Source: a virus. Taken from it: a stretch of DNA of 64,000 bases. Below the pieces are notes generated by a model that saw only the letters and a program-made list of their open reading frames with translations, had not been told where the DNA came from and made no database searches. Both the position numbers and the translations under genes were made by a program. This document shows, in pieces, positions 36,701 through 47,716 of the stretch (position 1 is the stretch's first letter; each line of letters starts with the position of its first letter). Location: IMG/VR virus record IMGVR_UViG_3300040759_000032, positions 1 through 64,000 of that record. One strand, written 5' to 3'.

Positions 36701-38707
36701 GGCTGAGTGCACGCGGGTGACGAGCAGTTCCCTGCCGTCGAGAACGGCGGCGAGAGCGTCCACGGTGACCGCCGGCGGTGCGGCGGCGATCGCGGCCTGC
36801 GCGCCCGCCTCGGCGTCCGCGCGGTCCTCCGCCGGCAGGAGGTGCCACGACACGAACTGGTCGCCGGCGGGGAGCCCTGCGCGGGCGAAGCTGCTGTCCC
36901 GTCGCGCCTCCCAGTCTGCCTGCCCTGGGGTCACCACGGCGGGAGCGGTATCGGATGTGCCGGTCATGATTCCTCCCAGGACTGCATTGCGGAGCGGACG
37001 GTCTCGGCGACCTTCCGGCCGTCGGAGGACCGGAGCCGGATCGCCAGCACGGGGCATGCCTGCATGGCGGTGTCCTTGCCGGCGTAGATGGCGGCGGTCA
37101 TGAGGGTCGCGACGGGCATCGCGCCCTGCTCGCCGTTCGCCTTCGCGGCGGCGAGGCTGGCGCGGTCCTGCGCGGCGGCGTCCTTGATCATCTGGTCAAC
37201 CTCGCCGGAGGTGATCGTGGGGGGGGTGACGCAGTTGCGGTCCCACGGGCAGGTCGCGCAGAGCATCGCGGGGTCCGCGCCTCTCGTCAGCGCTGCGGCG
37301 ACCGCTTGGTAATCGCTCAACTCGGGTGCTTCCTTTCTCGGTGAAGCCTTGGGGGTTTCCGCGCCCGTCCCGCAGGGGGGTGAACGGGACGGGCGCGGGG
37401 AATCGGGGGGGCTAGCTGGACGCGGAGACGGTCCCGCCGGGGGGCCAGTGCTGGCCGAGGTAGCTCTCGCACTGCGCCTGATCGACGTTGAGGTCGGCGG
37501 TTCCGGACTGCCCGCCGCTCGTGAACGTGAGCTTGCAGACCTGCGGGTCGGGCATGTTCGCGGTGGAGTAGTCGAGGCAGTACGCGACGCCCCCGTTCTT
37601 GCCGGGGTAGGACATCATGTCGCAGGCGGTGTTGACGCTCTGGACGGTCGGCGGCTCCCACGACCAGGCGGTGACCTTGCCGGACGAGGGGCCGCCGCTG
37701 CCGCACCCGGCGAGCAGGAGGGCGGCCGGGCCGACGGCGAGGGCCATACGGAGCGAGCGCCTCACCGGCGGTCCTTCAGCGCGAGAATGCCCACGACCAT
37801 GCCGATGATGATCAGGACGACGACGCCCAGCGCCGCGCCGATCCACAGCGGCGACAGCACCCAGACCCACGACCAGCCGATCTTGTGGATGAGCTTGAGG
37901 ACGATGAAGGCGATCGTCAGCAGGCCGGTGAAGCCGACCCCGCCCGACGACGCCGACGAGCTGTTTGTTGGTGCTCACGGGGTTCTCCTTGGAGTTCTCT
38001 TGCCGCTCCGGATCGACCGGGCGGCGCTTATCGGGATCACGTTCGGCGGCGGGGGGTTCAGCGGCACCACCGCGGCTTCCAGGGGCTTGCAGGTGGTCGC
38101 GGGCAGGTGGGGCATGAACCGCTTCTCGAAGTCCCACGGCGCGTCTTCCCTGCCGAGCTGCCTCGTCCGCCAGGTCCCGTCGCCGTCCTGCCATGCCGCC
38201 TGGTTCCCGCCCTCGTCCGGCTCCGGGTCGAGGGCGATCCACCGGTTGCGGGCCTCCGTCCGGGCGGCTATCACCGGGCGGCGGCAGGCACGGCAGGTCC
38301 GGTTCGCCGCAGGCTTCGGGGCGGTCACGGGTCATGCCCTTCGCGGAGAAGCTCCAGCTCGCCCGTCGCCCGGAGAGCAGGCTGCGGCCCGGTGGCCCTC
38401 GCGCGCACTTCCTCGATCGCGCTTCGGAGAGCCTCCCGCCCCCGCCGGGTCGCTTCCGGGTCCGTCGGGACAGAAGCCCTCGGCCTGCGGGCGGAGTTCC
38501 GGAGAGTCGCCGGGGTCTCCTCCCGTGCCCACATCAGGCGGGCCACCTCCCGGTAGACGTCACGCCAGGGCCAGCCGGCGTGATTAGCCGCCGTCATGGC
38601 GTCACGGAGGTCGGCCGGGTCCCAGTCGGGGCGCATGGCGCACGCCAGGGCGTGAAGCTGGGTGTAAGCCGGGAGGGGCTCCCAGGGGGTCTCGTCGGCG
38701 TCGGTCA

Positions 38708-39709
38708 TCAGGCAGCGCCCCCGAACAGGTCAGGCTGAATCGGCTTGGACAGACGGGCCTTGATCAGCTCGGCGGACTTCAGATCCCTCTCGATGAGGAT
38801 GCAGCGGAAGCCATTGATGACGCAGACCTCGCCGACAGGACCACTCCCGGCGAACATGTCGAGGACAGTCCCACCCGGAGGCGTGATCAGCTTCACCAGC
38901 CAGGACATAAGCCCGAGGCTTTTCACGGTCTCGTGAGCCGTGCCGTCCGCAAGCCGGGGTCGCTCCGATGCCGGGGCCTTGGCCTGGTAGCGGAAGGTCG
39001 GGTAGAACCTGCTCGCGCCGCCCGTGTCGCCGTACGTCGCAGGATGTTCCCGGCCGGTCATCGCGCCGTACGTTCCCGCCCTCTTGCCGTTGTCGGCATG
39101 GTGTGCGGCAAACATCCCGCTGGTGAGCACACCGCTTTGCCGGTCAAGTTCGGCGACCGGGCAGTCATCGGCGCACCGCCACGCCTCAACGACCTCCGTT
39201 CCGCTTGCCCGCTCCGCCAACCCGGACTGCCCGTGCAGCCCGCTCTCGTACCCGCTCGCACCCCGCGCCGCAGGATGATGCCCGTCGGAGCGGACCTCCC
39301 GGATCCCGGCCGACTCACAGGCCGCTGAGTGGGTGAAGACGATGTTCGCTGGCCACCGCCCAGTCACCTCCGACGGCCGCCCTTCCGAGGCCGTCACGGT
39401 CGGCCGGTAGCCCGCCTCGACCCGGGACACCCGCTGGAGACTGGTCGCCCCGCCGGCGTTGTTCGTCCGCTGCCCGCTGCCCGCCCGACAGGCTGCGATG
39501 TTCAGCGCCCCTGTGCCGTGCGCCAGGATGTTGGCCGCCACGGTGCCCGCGAGAGGCTTGCGGACGAGCCACCACATCTCCTGGCCTGGCTTGAGCGCAG
39601 TGTTCTGCCCTTCGATCTCGGCCAGTTCGGGCGGCATCTCGAACGTGCCGTCATCGTGATGCGTGACCTCGAACGTCCTACCGTGAAGCGTTACCGGCAA
39701 GCGCCGCAT
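38708..39709 (-). CDS. N4/N6 DNA methyltransferase, C-terminal part
   Basis: TALKP.QE....RKPL, GRWPANI, HETVK, VLDMFAGSG (SAM-binding motif I). Confidence 0.85.
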   Translation of the reverse strand: MRRLPVTLHGRTFEVTHHDDGTFEMPPELAEIEGQNTALKPGQEMWWLVRKPLAGTVAANILAHGTGALNIAACRAGSGQRTNNAGGATSLQRVSRVEAGYRPTVTASEGRPSEVTGRWPANIVFTHSAACESAGIREVRSDGHHPAARGASGYESGLHGQSGLAERASGTEVVEAWRCADDCPVAELDRQSGVLTSGMFAAHHADNGKRAGTYGAMTGREHPATYGDTGGASRFYPTFRYQAKAPASERPRLADGTAHETVKSLGLMSWLVKLITPPGGTVLDMFAGSGPVGEVCVINGFRCILIERDLKSAELIKARLSKPIQPDLFGGAA

Positions 39710-40334
39710 CGAACTCCACCCCCTCGAACGAGCACCAGAACGCGCCCTCTAGAAGTTGGGCGTGCATGTTGTCGTGACAGTCCCAGCACACGGCCATGAG
39801 GTTGTCGAAGTCGTAGAGCGCCCCGCCGAGCGCGCGGGGGTGCAGGTGATGAACGTGCTCGACGGGCGCGCTGCAACAGCCTTCGCAGACGTCGCCGACC
39901 ATCGCCAGGTAGGCGGCGCGGACCTGCCGCCACCGCCAGGAACTGACGCGCTTCGGGTTGTACTGGCCGCCCGGCACCCACGAGCCGTCGCCCCCGAGGA
40001 GCAGGGACGTGTAGCTGTTCCGGCAGCCGGCCGAGCAGCAGGGAACGTGACCTCGCTCGTCCCGCTTCCGCTGCTCGCTCAGGTAAGAGTCGAAGATGGC
40101 GCCGCACACGAAACAGGCCACCGCGATATGCCGGGAGTCCTTAAAGCAGTCCCAGGAGCAGTAGACCCGATCCGGCTGCCTCGGGTCGCGCGGGAATGGC
40201 TCCCGGCACCCGGCGCACGCCATCAGCGGCCGATGGAAGGCCTTGCGGCATTCCCGGTTGCAGTGCGCGCCGGCGAGATGCGACGGGGGCCGGTTGAGCG
40301 GTTTACCGCACGCCGAGCAGGGCCTTACCGCCAT
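39678..40334 (-). CDS. HNH endonuclease with N-terminal Zn fingers
   Basis: CEGC...HVHHLHP...GG...DNLMAVCWDCH; repeated CxxC...C(S/N)xxC units. Confidence 0.85.
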   Translation of the reverse strand: MAVRPCSACGKPLNRPPSHLAGAHCNRECRKAFHRPLMACAGCREPFPRDPRQPDRVYCSWDCFKDSRHIAVACFVCGAIFDSYLSEQRKRDERGHVPCCSAGCRNSYTSLLLGGDGSWVPGGQYNPKRVSSWRWRQVRAAYLAMVGDVCEGCCSAPVEHVHHLHPRALGGALYDFDNLMAVCWDCHDNMHAQLLEGAFWCSFEGVEFDAALAGNASR

Positions 40335-40771
40335 ACGATCTCCCCCTCAACGCCCTGGTCCCGCAGTTGCTGCTCAACTGCCGGCAATACGTCAAGGCGG
40401 TAGAGGTCGCGGCCCTTGGCGAACCCGCTGCCGAACAGGTGCGGGATGCAGTCCCTGATGTCGAACCCGGCGTCCTCCAGCGCCCATGCCGTCCAGTGCG
40501 AGGTCCGGGGAATCGACCAGACCAGGGCGTGGCTGCCGGGCTTCAGGACGCGGCGAGCCTCGGCCATGCGCTCGGTGAGCATGTCCACGAACCGGTCTCG
40601 GGCGCGGTGGAAGTCATCCCACTCGCGACCCATGAAGGCGATCCCTGCCGGAGGGTCGGTGACGATCGAGTCGATGCTGTCAGACTCCAGCGTCCGCAGG
40701 ACGTCAAGGCAGTCGCCGAGGAACAGGCGGACCCCCTGCCCGTCGTCGAAGTAGGGCTCTGGGACGGTCAT
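40325..40771 (-). CDS. N4/N6 DNA methyltransferase, N-terminal part
   Basis: GDCLDVL, IVTDPPAG (motif IV), RVLKPG, EDAGFDIRD...FGSGFAK. Confidence 0.85.
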   Translation of the reverse strand: MTVPEPYFDDGQGVRLFLGDCLDVLRTLESDSIDSIVTDPPAGIAFMGREWDDFHRARDRFVDMLTERMAEARRVLKPGSHALVWSIPRTSHWTAWALEDAGFDIRDCIPHLFGSGFAKGRDLYRLDVLPAVEQQLRDQGVEGEIVWR

Positions 40772-41075
40772 GACGCCATCGCCTCCTCCCGAGGGCCGAA
40801 GATCTTCCGGCAGTGCCCGCAGGTGACGGCGTCAAGGTCAGCGGCGACCAGCCAGCGGCCCGCCGCCGCCACGTCGAACGGCCTGCACGCCGGGTGAGGC
40901 GTCCCCGGCTGCTCCCAGTGGACCGCCGGGGGCTTCCTCGGGGCGGGGGGCCTCGGGTCGCGGTAGGACTTCGCGTAGGCGTCCGCCGCGGTGAGGATCT
41001 CGGCGACCAGAGGGGCCGGGAGGGAGTTGCGCCACAAAACGGCTTCCAGCTCTTCCTTGCGGTCGTCGGCGGCGG

Positions 41076-41930
41076 TCATGATGCCTCCCCGTGCGCATCG
41101 AAAAGCGTCGCCTGGGGGAACTCGCGGTTAGACCACAGAACCTCGGTCCGCGCGGCGTCGACGCTGTTGCCCGCCATGCCTGCCAACTCGAGGCGGTGCC
41201 ACCCCTCGTACAGCTCGGCGTACAGCGGCGAGTCGTAGCCGGACAGGACGACCGCCGCCCGGGCGGCGCGCAGCGCCCCGGCCAGCTCGCGGTGCTCGTC
41301 GTCGGTGCGCAGCTCGTGCGCGTAGTCAGGCCCCCGCCCGCGGCCGTGGTTCAGTGTCCGCACCGAGGCCAGGTAAGGGGGGTCGGCGTAGATCAGGACC
41401 CCGTCGTGGCGCCCGTACCGCTCGATGACCTCGGCCGCGGGCCGGCACTCCAGCGAGACGTTCATGAGCCGCCCGACTGCGGCGGGCATCCGGCCGAGGT
41501 ACGCGCCGAGGTAGCGGGGCATCGACGCCCCGGACCCGCGCGGGTCCTGGTAGTGCCGCCAGCCGGAGCGCTTCGGCGGCAGGTGCCCGCCGCGCCCCTG
41601 GGTGAGCAGCACCCAGACCTTCCGCGCCCGCTCCAGCTCGTCCCCGTCGAGGGCGAACGCCGCCTCGTGCTCGGCCCGCGAGTGCGGGGTCAGCGCGCAC
41701 GCCCGCTCCAGCTCCGCCGGGCGCTCCCGGAGCGTCCGCCAGAAGTTCATCAGGTTGCCGTCCAGGTCGTTGGCCGTCTCCATCGCCGACGGGCGCTTGG
41801 CGAACAGGACCGCGAACGACCCTGCGAACGGCTCGACGTAGTGGACGTGGGGCGGCAGCAGCGCGGCGATGCGCCCGGCCAGGGCCAGCTTCGACCCGAA
41901 GTAGCTGAACGGGGGCTTGATCGCGGTCAC
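41076..41930 (-). CDS. Dam-like (D12 class) adenine methyltransferase
   Basis: YFGSK, YVEPFAGS, ND, YADPPY, TEVLWSN. Confidence 0.92.
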   Translation of the reverse strand: MTAIKPPFSYFGSKLALAGRIAALLPPHVHYVEPFAGSFAVLFAKRPSAMETANDLDGNLMNFWRTLRERPAELERACALTPHSRAEHEAAFALDGDELERARKVWVLLTQGRGGHLPPKRSGWRHYQDPRGSGASMPRYLGAYLGRMPAAVGRLMNVSLECRPAAEVIERYGRHDGVLIYADPPYLASVRTLNHGRGRGPDYAHELRTDDEHRELAGALRAARAAVVLSGYDSPLYAELYEGWHRLELAGMAGNSVDAARTEVLWSNREFPQATLFDAHGEAS

Positions 41931-42376
41931 GGCACCTCCCGGTTCGCGTGCTCGATCAGCGCTTCCCCGAGGACCATCGCCGTCTCCCGGTCAAGGGCAG
42001 GGTGACCGCCTCGCAGGCCCGACTCCGGGGCCAGCTCGGGGAGGGCGGCGGTGTCAGCGGGCATGGGCGGTTCTCCTCGCAGGGGCGGGGCGGCGAGCAG
42101 TCACCGGGCGGCGGCGCATGATCCGCTCGGCGGCCAGGTCGGTCACCGAGGCGCGGGCCGGGCAGGCGAGCGCGTGCCGCTCGTACAGGTACTCGTCGCG
42201 TCGGCCCGTGCCGGGCGTGCCGACGGGTCGGCAGCGGGGCGTGCGGGTGATGTCCCACGCGATAGCCCACGGGCCGTCCTCGAACGCCGCGTCGAACGCG
42301 ATCACGTCGCCCGTGACGGCGAGCGCGAGCAGCACGCCCTTGCCGCAGTCGGCGCAGCGGCTGAAGCCCGGCGTGA

Positions 42377-43309
42377 TCATGACGCCTCCCGTTTGCGGTG
42401 GTACCGGCTGTCTTCGGGCAGCGGGCAGAGGCGGCAGTCGCCGTTGCCGTCCGGGTCGAAGTCGTGCGCGCCGTCCACGGGCGGCGCCGAGACGACAGCG
42501 AGCCGCCGGGCGGCCTCGGGCCACCACGGGCCGTCGTGCTCGAGGCGGCCGGGGTGCTGGGTGTCCGGGTCCGCCGCCATGACCCGCATCGCCTCGGCGG
42601 CGAGCGGCCAGGGTCTCTCGGCGACGGCTGGCCGTTCGAGCGCCCGGATGATCGACCGCGCCGACCAGTCGTCGCGCGTTTTGCGGATCTCGGCGGCGAG
42701 CGCCTGACGGCCGTCTGCGGTTCCGCTCGGTGCGGGATTTTTCGCCATCGGGATTTCCCCCTCCTCCGGGGGCCCGTCTGGCAGCGCGAGCGGGAACGGC
42801 TGGCGGCCGGGGGGAAGGGGGGTTCCTCCTCCGGTTTTAAATCCTTTAACTCCTGTATAAGGAGCAGGGTCCCGGTTTGAGGGATGCTTCAGTCCCGGTT
42901 TACGGGACCCTTCAGTCTCAGGACCGGGACCCTTCACGTCCGCTGAAGGGTCCCGGTTTGAGGGATGCTTCAGCGTGTTGTCCACAGGGCGGGCGTCTGG
43001 GTCTCCGGGCCGCCCGGCCCCTGGGATCGTTCCGGCCGGGGTGATGGCGTAACGCGCCTTGACCCCGTTCCTTCCGCGCTCGCGGTGCTCGAGCGCGCCC
43101 TTGTCGACGAGCGAGGCGATGACCGCGTACCGCTGGGTGCGGCTGAGGCCGAGGCGGCGGACGATCTCCGGCCGGTCCTCGATCCCCGGCGGGCACTCCC
43201 GGGTGTCGTCCATCGCGGACATGGCGAAGACCATGAGGGCGCACCGCTCACGCCAGGTGTAGTCCTCGACGGAGCGGTCGGCCGCCTCCATCGCGAGTCG
43301 TATCCCCAC
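42377..43309 (-). CDS. Putative replication initiator (N-terminal wHTH, internal repeats)
   Basis: HTH-like IVRRLGLSRTQRYAVIASLVDKG; low-complexity linker with iteron-like repeats; GGGAGG RBS. Confidence 0.6.
   Translation of the reverse strand: MGIRLAMEAADRSVEDYTWRERCALMVFAMSAMDDTRECPPGIEDRPEIVRRLGLSRTQRYAVIASLVDKGALEHRERGRNGVKARYAITPAGTIPGAGRPGDPDARPVDNTLKHPSNRDPSADVKGPGPETEGSRKPGLKHPSNRDPAPYTGVKGFKTGGGTPLPPGRQPFPLALPDGPPEEGEIPMAKNPAPSGTADGRQALAAEIRKTRDDWSARSIIRALERPAVAERPWPLAAEAMRVMAADPDTQHPGRLEHDGPWWPEAARRLAVVSAPPVDGAHDFDPDGNGDCRLCPLPEDSRYHRKREAS
42835..42973. repeat. Iteron-like repeats plus AT-rich tract (candidate origin)
   Basis: 27-bp AGGGTCCCGGTTTGAGGGATGCTTCAG at 42866 and 42947; two CGGGACCCTTCA copies between them; AT-rich 42835-42860. 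Confidence 0.65.
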
Positions 43310-43570
43310 GTCAGCCTCCCGCCACGGCGGGAGGAGGCGCAGGGAGGCGCGGCATGGTTCCTGATCGGGTCGCCATGCCCTAACGCGCTTCCAGCGCCGG
43401 GTGCCGGGAAATGCACTACTGGTCACCTTCATCAACTTTCGCGCAAGTGCCTATCCATATACACATGACCATAGCACCTGCAAACCTCCACGGGTATCCG
43501 GGTTACGACCAGCTATGATGATCGCCATCAGGATCGTCAGGCCCATGAGGCGCCGTGCGATAGTGGAGAG

Positions 43571-43825
43571 GTGGGCGACGCCATGACACAGGTACTGGAA
43601 GCGCGAAAGGCCTTCGACCAGGCGCGGGCGGACGCAAAGGCGCGGGTCGACAGAGCCCGAGCCATCCTCGGGCTGACCATGATCCGAGCCCGAGAAGGCG
43701 GAGGAGAATCTCAGACCACGATCGCGGCGCAGATGGGGTACCGCGGCCCGCAGCAGGTCCTCGCCTACGAGCGGGCGTACCGCGACTGGGTCCGCGACCA
43801 CCCGGGCGAGTCGCTCGACGACTAG
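43571..43825 (+). CDS. Small HTH-like protein
   Basis: SQTTIAAQMGY...QVLAYER; isolated plus-strand gene. Confidence 0.55.
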   Translation: MGDAMTQVLEARKAFDQARADAKARVDRARAILGLTMIRAREGGGESQTTIAAQMGYRGPQQVLAYERAYRDWVRDHPGESLDD

Positions 43826-43932
43826 GCGCCTTCATCGCCCGCCCCTCCATCGCGCCACCGCGAGAGCCACGGTTACCGCCCCGGCTACGACCAGAGCCAG
43901 CCCGACGCCGGTGAGGATCACGACCGCCCAGT

Positions 43933-45025
43933 TCACGCGGCCTCGCCTGCTTCCATGGCGAGGCCCGCGCGATCAAGCAGCAGGCGGAGGGCGAGCGCGG
44001 CCTGCTGCGGCACGACGCCGTTGCCGAGCGCCTTCAGCATCGCGTTGCGGCTCAGGCCCGGCACGTCCGTCACCCAGCCTTCGGGAAGGCCCTGCATCCA
44101 CTCGACGAACCGCGGGCTCAGCCGCTCCCCGGTGCGTCCAGGCTCAGTTGGCCGTGGGGCGGGCCGGCCGGTGACGGCTTCCCAGCGGTCGATGGCCGGG
44201 GCGTAGTTTCCCCAGTCCAGAACACATCGGAGAGGGTCCACCCGTCGGTCTGGGCGTTCGGGCTGACCGTGCGCCGCGTCGCCGTCGCGTTCCGCGCCCC
44301 GTGCGAGTCCATCGCCGTCGGGGTCGGCAGCAGCATCGCTATCCCGCCGAGTAGCGGCTCCTCGCTCCGCGCCCCCCCGCGTGTCTTGTGGCCGCCAGTC
44401 GCGTCCGCCACGCTCGGCGTCGGCAGGAGAGCGCCGATCAGCGTCGCGTCCCCGCGCGGGTAGGTCGCGCTTGTCCGGTCGCCGTCCGCCGCCACCGGCG
44501 CAGGAAGCAGACCCCCCCCCCGGCGCCGGCGAGCCATGCGAGGCAGAACCACCGCTCGCGGCGGTGAGGGGCTCCAGCGTCGGAAGCTCGTACAAGCCGG
44601 TACGCGAACTCATAGCCGAGCGCGGCCAGGCCCTGAACGACACGGGCCATAGCGTCCCCGCCATTAGCAGACAGCAGCCCAGGGACGTTCTCGAGCACGA
44701 GCAGCCGGGGGCGTGCGACCATTCGGCCAACAGCCGTGCAGATGTCATCGAACAGCCACCTCTCGTCACCGAGTCCTTTTCGCCTGCCCGCCGCGCTGAC
44801 GGGCTGGCAGGGGAAGCCCGCCGTGAGCACGCCTACCGGCTCTACCGAACCCCAGTCGGCGGCGGTGATGTCGCCGAGGTTCGGCACCGACGGGAACCGG
44901 TACCCGGCGATCGCGGACGCGCCCGGGTCGATGTCCGCGACCCAGGCGAGGTCCCCGCCGAGAACGGCGTGAACGGCCATGTCCAGCCCGCCGTAGCCGG
45001 TGCAGAGGCTCCCGGTGCGCGTCAT
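43933..45025 (-). pseudogene. C5 cytosine DNA methyltransferase frameshifted at a G10 tract (44512-44521)
   Basis: Motifs I (LCTGYGG), IV (GFPCQ), VI (ENV) and VIII (HRRER) lie in one frame, IX/X (VEWMQGLPEGW, LKALGNGVVP) in another; G9 would fuse them. Confidence 0.8.
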
Positions 45026-46686
45026 AGGGCGCCTCCCGCCGCAAGCACGGTCTCAACCCGGGGCGGCCACCCGCGCGAGCCGGCCGGTGGCGCAGGCTCG
45101 GCGCCGGGCGCCTCGTCGAACAGGGAGCCCTGCACGAGCGGCATGACCTGCCCGGCCTCCGTCGTGAACGCCTGGCACGGGCACTTCCCGCACGCCCTGA
45201 ACCTGCCTCTCCGCTCATGCCACAGGATCAGGTGAGCGCATCCTTCCCGAGAGCACGCCCCGGATCCTCCGGGGACAGCCTCGCCAGCGGACAGGCGGTC
45301 CCGCTGCTCGTCCTCATCCGCCGGGCGGGGCGTCGTCTCGCCGGGGCGGTAGCGGCTGCCGCTGAGCAGTCCCGCCGCGCGCCACCGCTCGATGTCCTCG
45401 GGCCGGTGCTCGAAGTCGGGGCAGCCGCAGGGGCAGGCCCGCGGCTTGGCGAGCAGTCCGGCGGGGAGAGGCCCCGGGGCGGCCTGATGCTCGTGCGACG
45501 GATGCCCGCAGGCGCAGACCTCCCCGGCCTCCTCGGGCGTGGCGAAGGGCATCAAGTCGCAGACGACCAGGTGCCCCGGGTTCATCGTCGTGTTATGCAC
45601 CCAGGGGTAGCGGCCGTGGCCGGGGTCGGCCGGGTCGCCGAGCCAGGGACCGTCGGCGAGCCAGACGAAGACGCCGCGCTCATGCGGGCAGATGCCGCGA
45701 GTGGAGACGCTCACCGGGCCGCCGCCTTCGCGTCCGCTTCGGCGTGGGCGCGCAGGAGCCGCAGTCTGTGGCACCGGCCGTCGAATGGCTGCTGGCCGGG
45801 GACGTCGACGTTCCATCCGTGATCGCTGAGGAGCCAGTGCTTGTTCGGCTCGACCTCGCCGCACTCCGGGTCCGGGCAGCGCCAGCCGGGCTTGCTGTCG
45901 CCCTTCTTCATGCCGCCTGCGGTGTCGTATGGCGCGACCCAGTCGGCCCGCTCGAACCGGGCCAGCCAGTCGGCGCGATCCTGCTCGGCTTTCTCGACCT
46001 CGCCGAACAGGTCGAGCTGGACGGCGGCGCTCATCCGTCACCGCACATGATCTTGTGACCGTTCGTCCCGATGAGGTACTGGCATTTCCCGCACCGCCGC
46101 TCGGGCTCGAGCGCGGGCGCGGCCTCGAGAACCGCAGGTCCCGGCTCCGGAGCGGTCGCGGCGCTGAGGAGTTCCAGTTCGAGCAGGGGCAGGATGTCGG
46201 CGGCGGTGATCTGCCCGGCCCGCTCGTCGCCGGGGGCCGCCGGTGCGGGAAGCTGCCCGCCCGGCCGCTTGCAGATGACGAGATGATCCGGGGCGACAGC
46301 CCCGCAGGACGGGCAGAACCGCCGGGGCTCAGGCTTCCGCCTCGGCTTCGGCGCGGGCCTGGCGGCAGGAGCGGGGGCACCCCGCGTCAGGACCGCCTCC
46401 GCCTTCCATGACGGCAGGCTCTCCCCGCTTCCCCGGTACTGGTACCCGCCGGGCTCCGGCAGCCCGTTGCGGGGCCTGCGGGGCAGCGACCCCTTCGCCG
46501 TGACGCGTCCCTCGCGCCCGTCCTCTCCCGGCATGCAGTCGTCTCTCCAGATCGATTCGATGGTCTTCAGGCGGGCGAGCACCTTCTCGGGGCGGCCTGC
46601 CGACGGTGCGCCGAGCGTGGCGCCGTAGACGTACGGCATGAGCTCGGCTGGCGGCGGGCCTCCGGCGGCTCTCGCGGTCGCGGCGC

Positions 46687-46980
46687 TCACGTCGCCCCCG
46701 TCCGGCCGCAGTCCCGGCAGGAGAACCCGGCGGGCGGCTCCCCGTCGCAGCGGGCGCACTCCGGGTCGGCGAGCAGCTCCGCGAGCGCCGTCCCGAGGAC
46801 GCCCGCGATGGAGAAGGCCGCGCCCAGGTAGACCTCCCGCCCGCTCTCCGCCCGGGTGACGGTCGAGGGGGACAGGGCCCCGCCGCTTCTCTCGGCCATC
46901 TCCCGGACGCTCCAGCGCCTCTCCAGCCTCGCCTTGCGGGCCCGCCTGCCGAAGACGGCGCGCATCTCCTCGGGGGTCAT
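46687..46980 (-). CDS. XRE HTH protein with C-terminal Zn ribbon
   Basis: FGRRARKARLERRWSVREMAE...STVTRAESG; CARC...CRDC. Confidence 0.75.
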   Translation of the reverse strand: MTPEEMRAVFGRRARKARLERRWSVREMAERSGGALSPSTVTRAESGREVYLGAAFSIAGVLGTALAELLADPECARCDGEPPAGFSCRDCGRTGAT

Positions 46981-47716
46981 AAGGCGGCCTCGTCGGGGGG
47001 CTCAGGGGGACGGAGGCGGAGGTCTGGCGGCGGGGCGTCGCCGAACCGCTCAGGCGGCCTCGAGGCGAGCCGTATCCGGCCCGCGGCGGGCGAGGCGGCC
47101 GGGTCCGGCCTCCGGGTTCGTCCCCGCCGCCTGTCCGCCGCGCCAGCGCTCAGCGCCGCCTTGTACCGGTCCCTGAACTCCTGCCCGCTGAATCCGGGCG
47201 AGGGCGCTGCCGTTGTCCGCGCGCCCCCGCCCGGTCCTATCGCAGGCGGAGGCCCGGCGGCCTGGACCTCGCCGCCGGACCCGCCGTCCCGCGCCCCGCC
47301 GGAGCCTCCCCGCTCCGGCAGGGACGATGTGGCGCCCCGGCCGCCCGAGTTGGGGTAAGCGGCCGGGGCACTGCGAGCAGAGGCCGGGGGTTGGCCCCTG
47401 CTCGCACGCCGCGCGATGGCCGGATCCGGGGGGGCGGATCCTTCCTGCGCGGACGTCGGGGCCGGGGCGGGCGAGCGGTTGCCCGCCCCGGCGGTTCCCC
47501 CTCGCGCGGCAACGCGAGAGGGCATGCCCCGGCGGCCGTCACCATCGGCGGCCGGGGCTGTGCGGGCGAGGCCCGGGCGGTTCACGGACCCCTCCCCGCA
47601 CGCCGCTGCCGGGACCGCGGAGGCGGCCTCCGGGGCGGGACCGAGCGCGGCAGGAACGGCGGGGTGGGCCGCCCCTGCCGCGCGCTCTGGGGGTTCCGAG
47701 GCGATAGGCCGGCGCG

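Larger units (their letters stand above)
24550..38708 (-). other. Run of about 30 small, mostly coupled hypothetical phage ORFs, many Cys-rich
   Basis: Consecutive minus-strand ORFs with overlapping stop/start (e.g. 25723-25989, 25982-26404, 26394-26732, 26725-26937, 26937-27422, 29200-29631, 31089-31634, 34194-34505, 36964-37320, 37975-38328, 38325-38708); no recognisable families. Confidence 0.65.

Noticed and set aside
39678-40334. Group I intron or split intein around the HNH gene
   Set aside because: ORFs overlap on both sides with no non-coding core, and there are no C...HN/C intein termini
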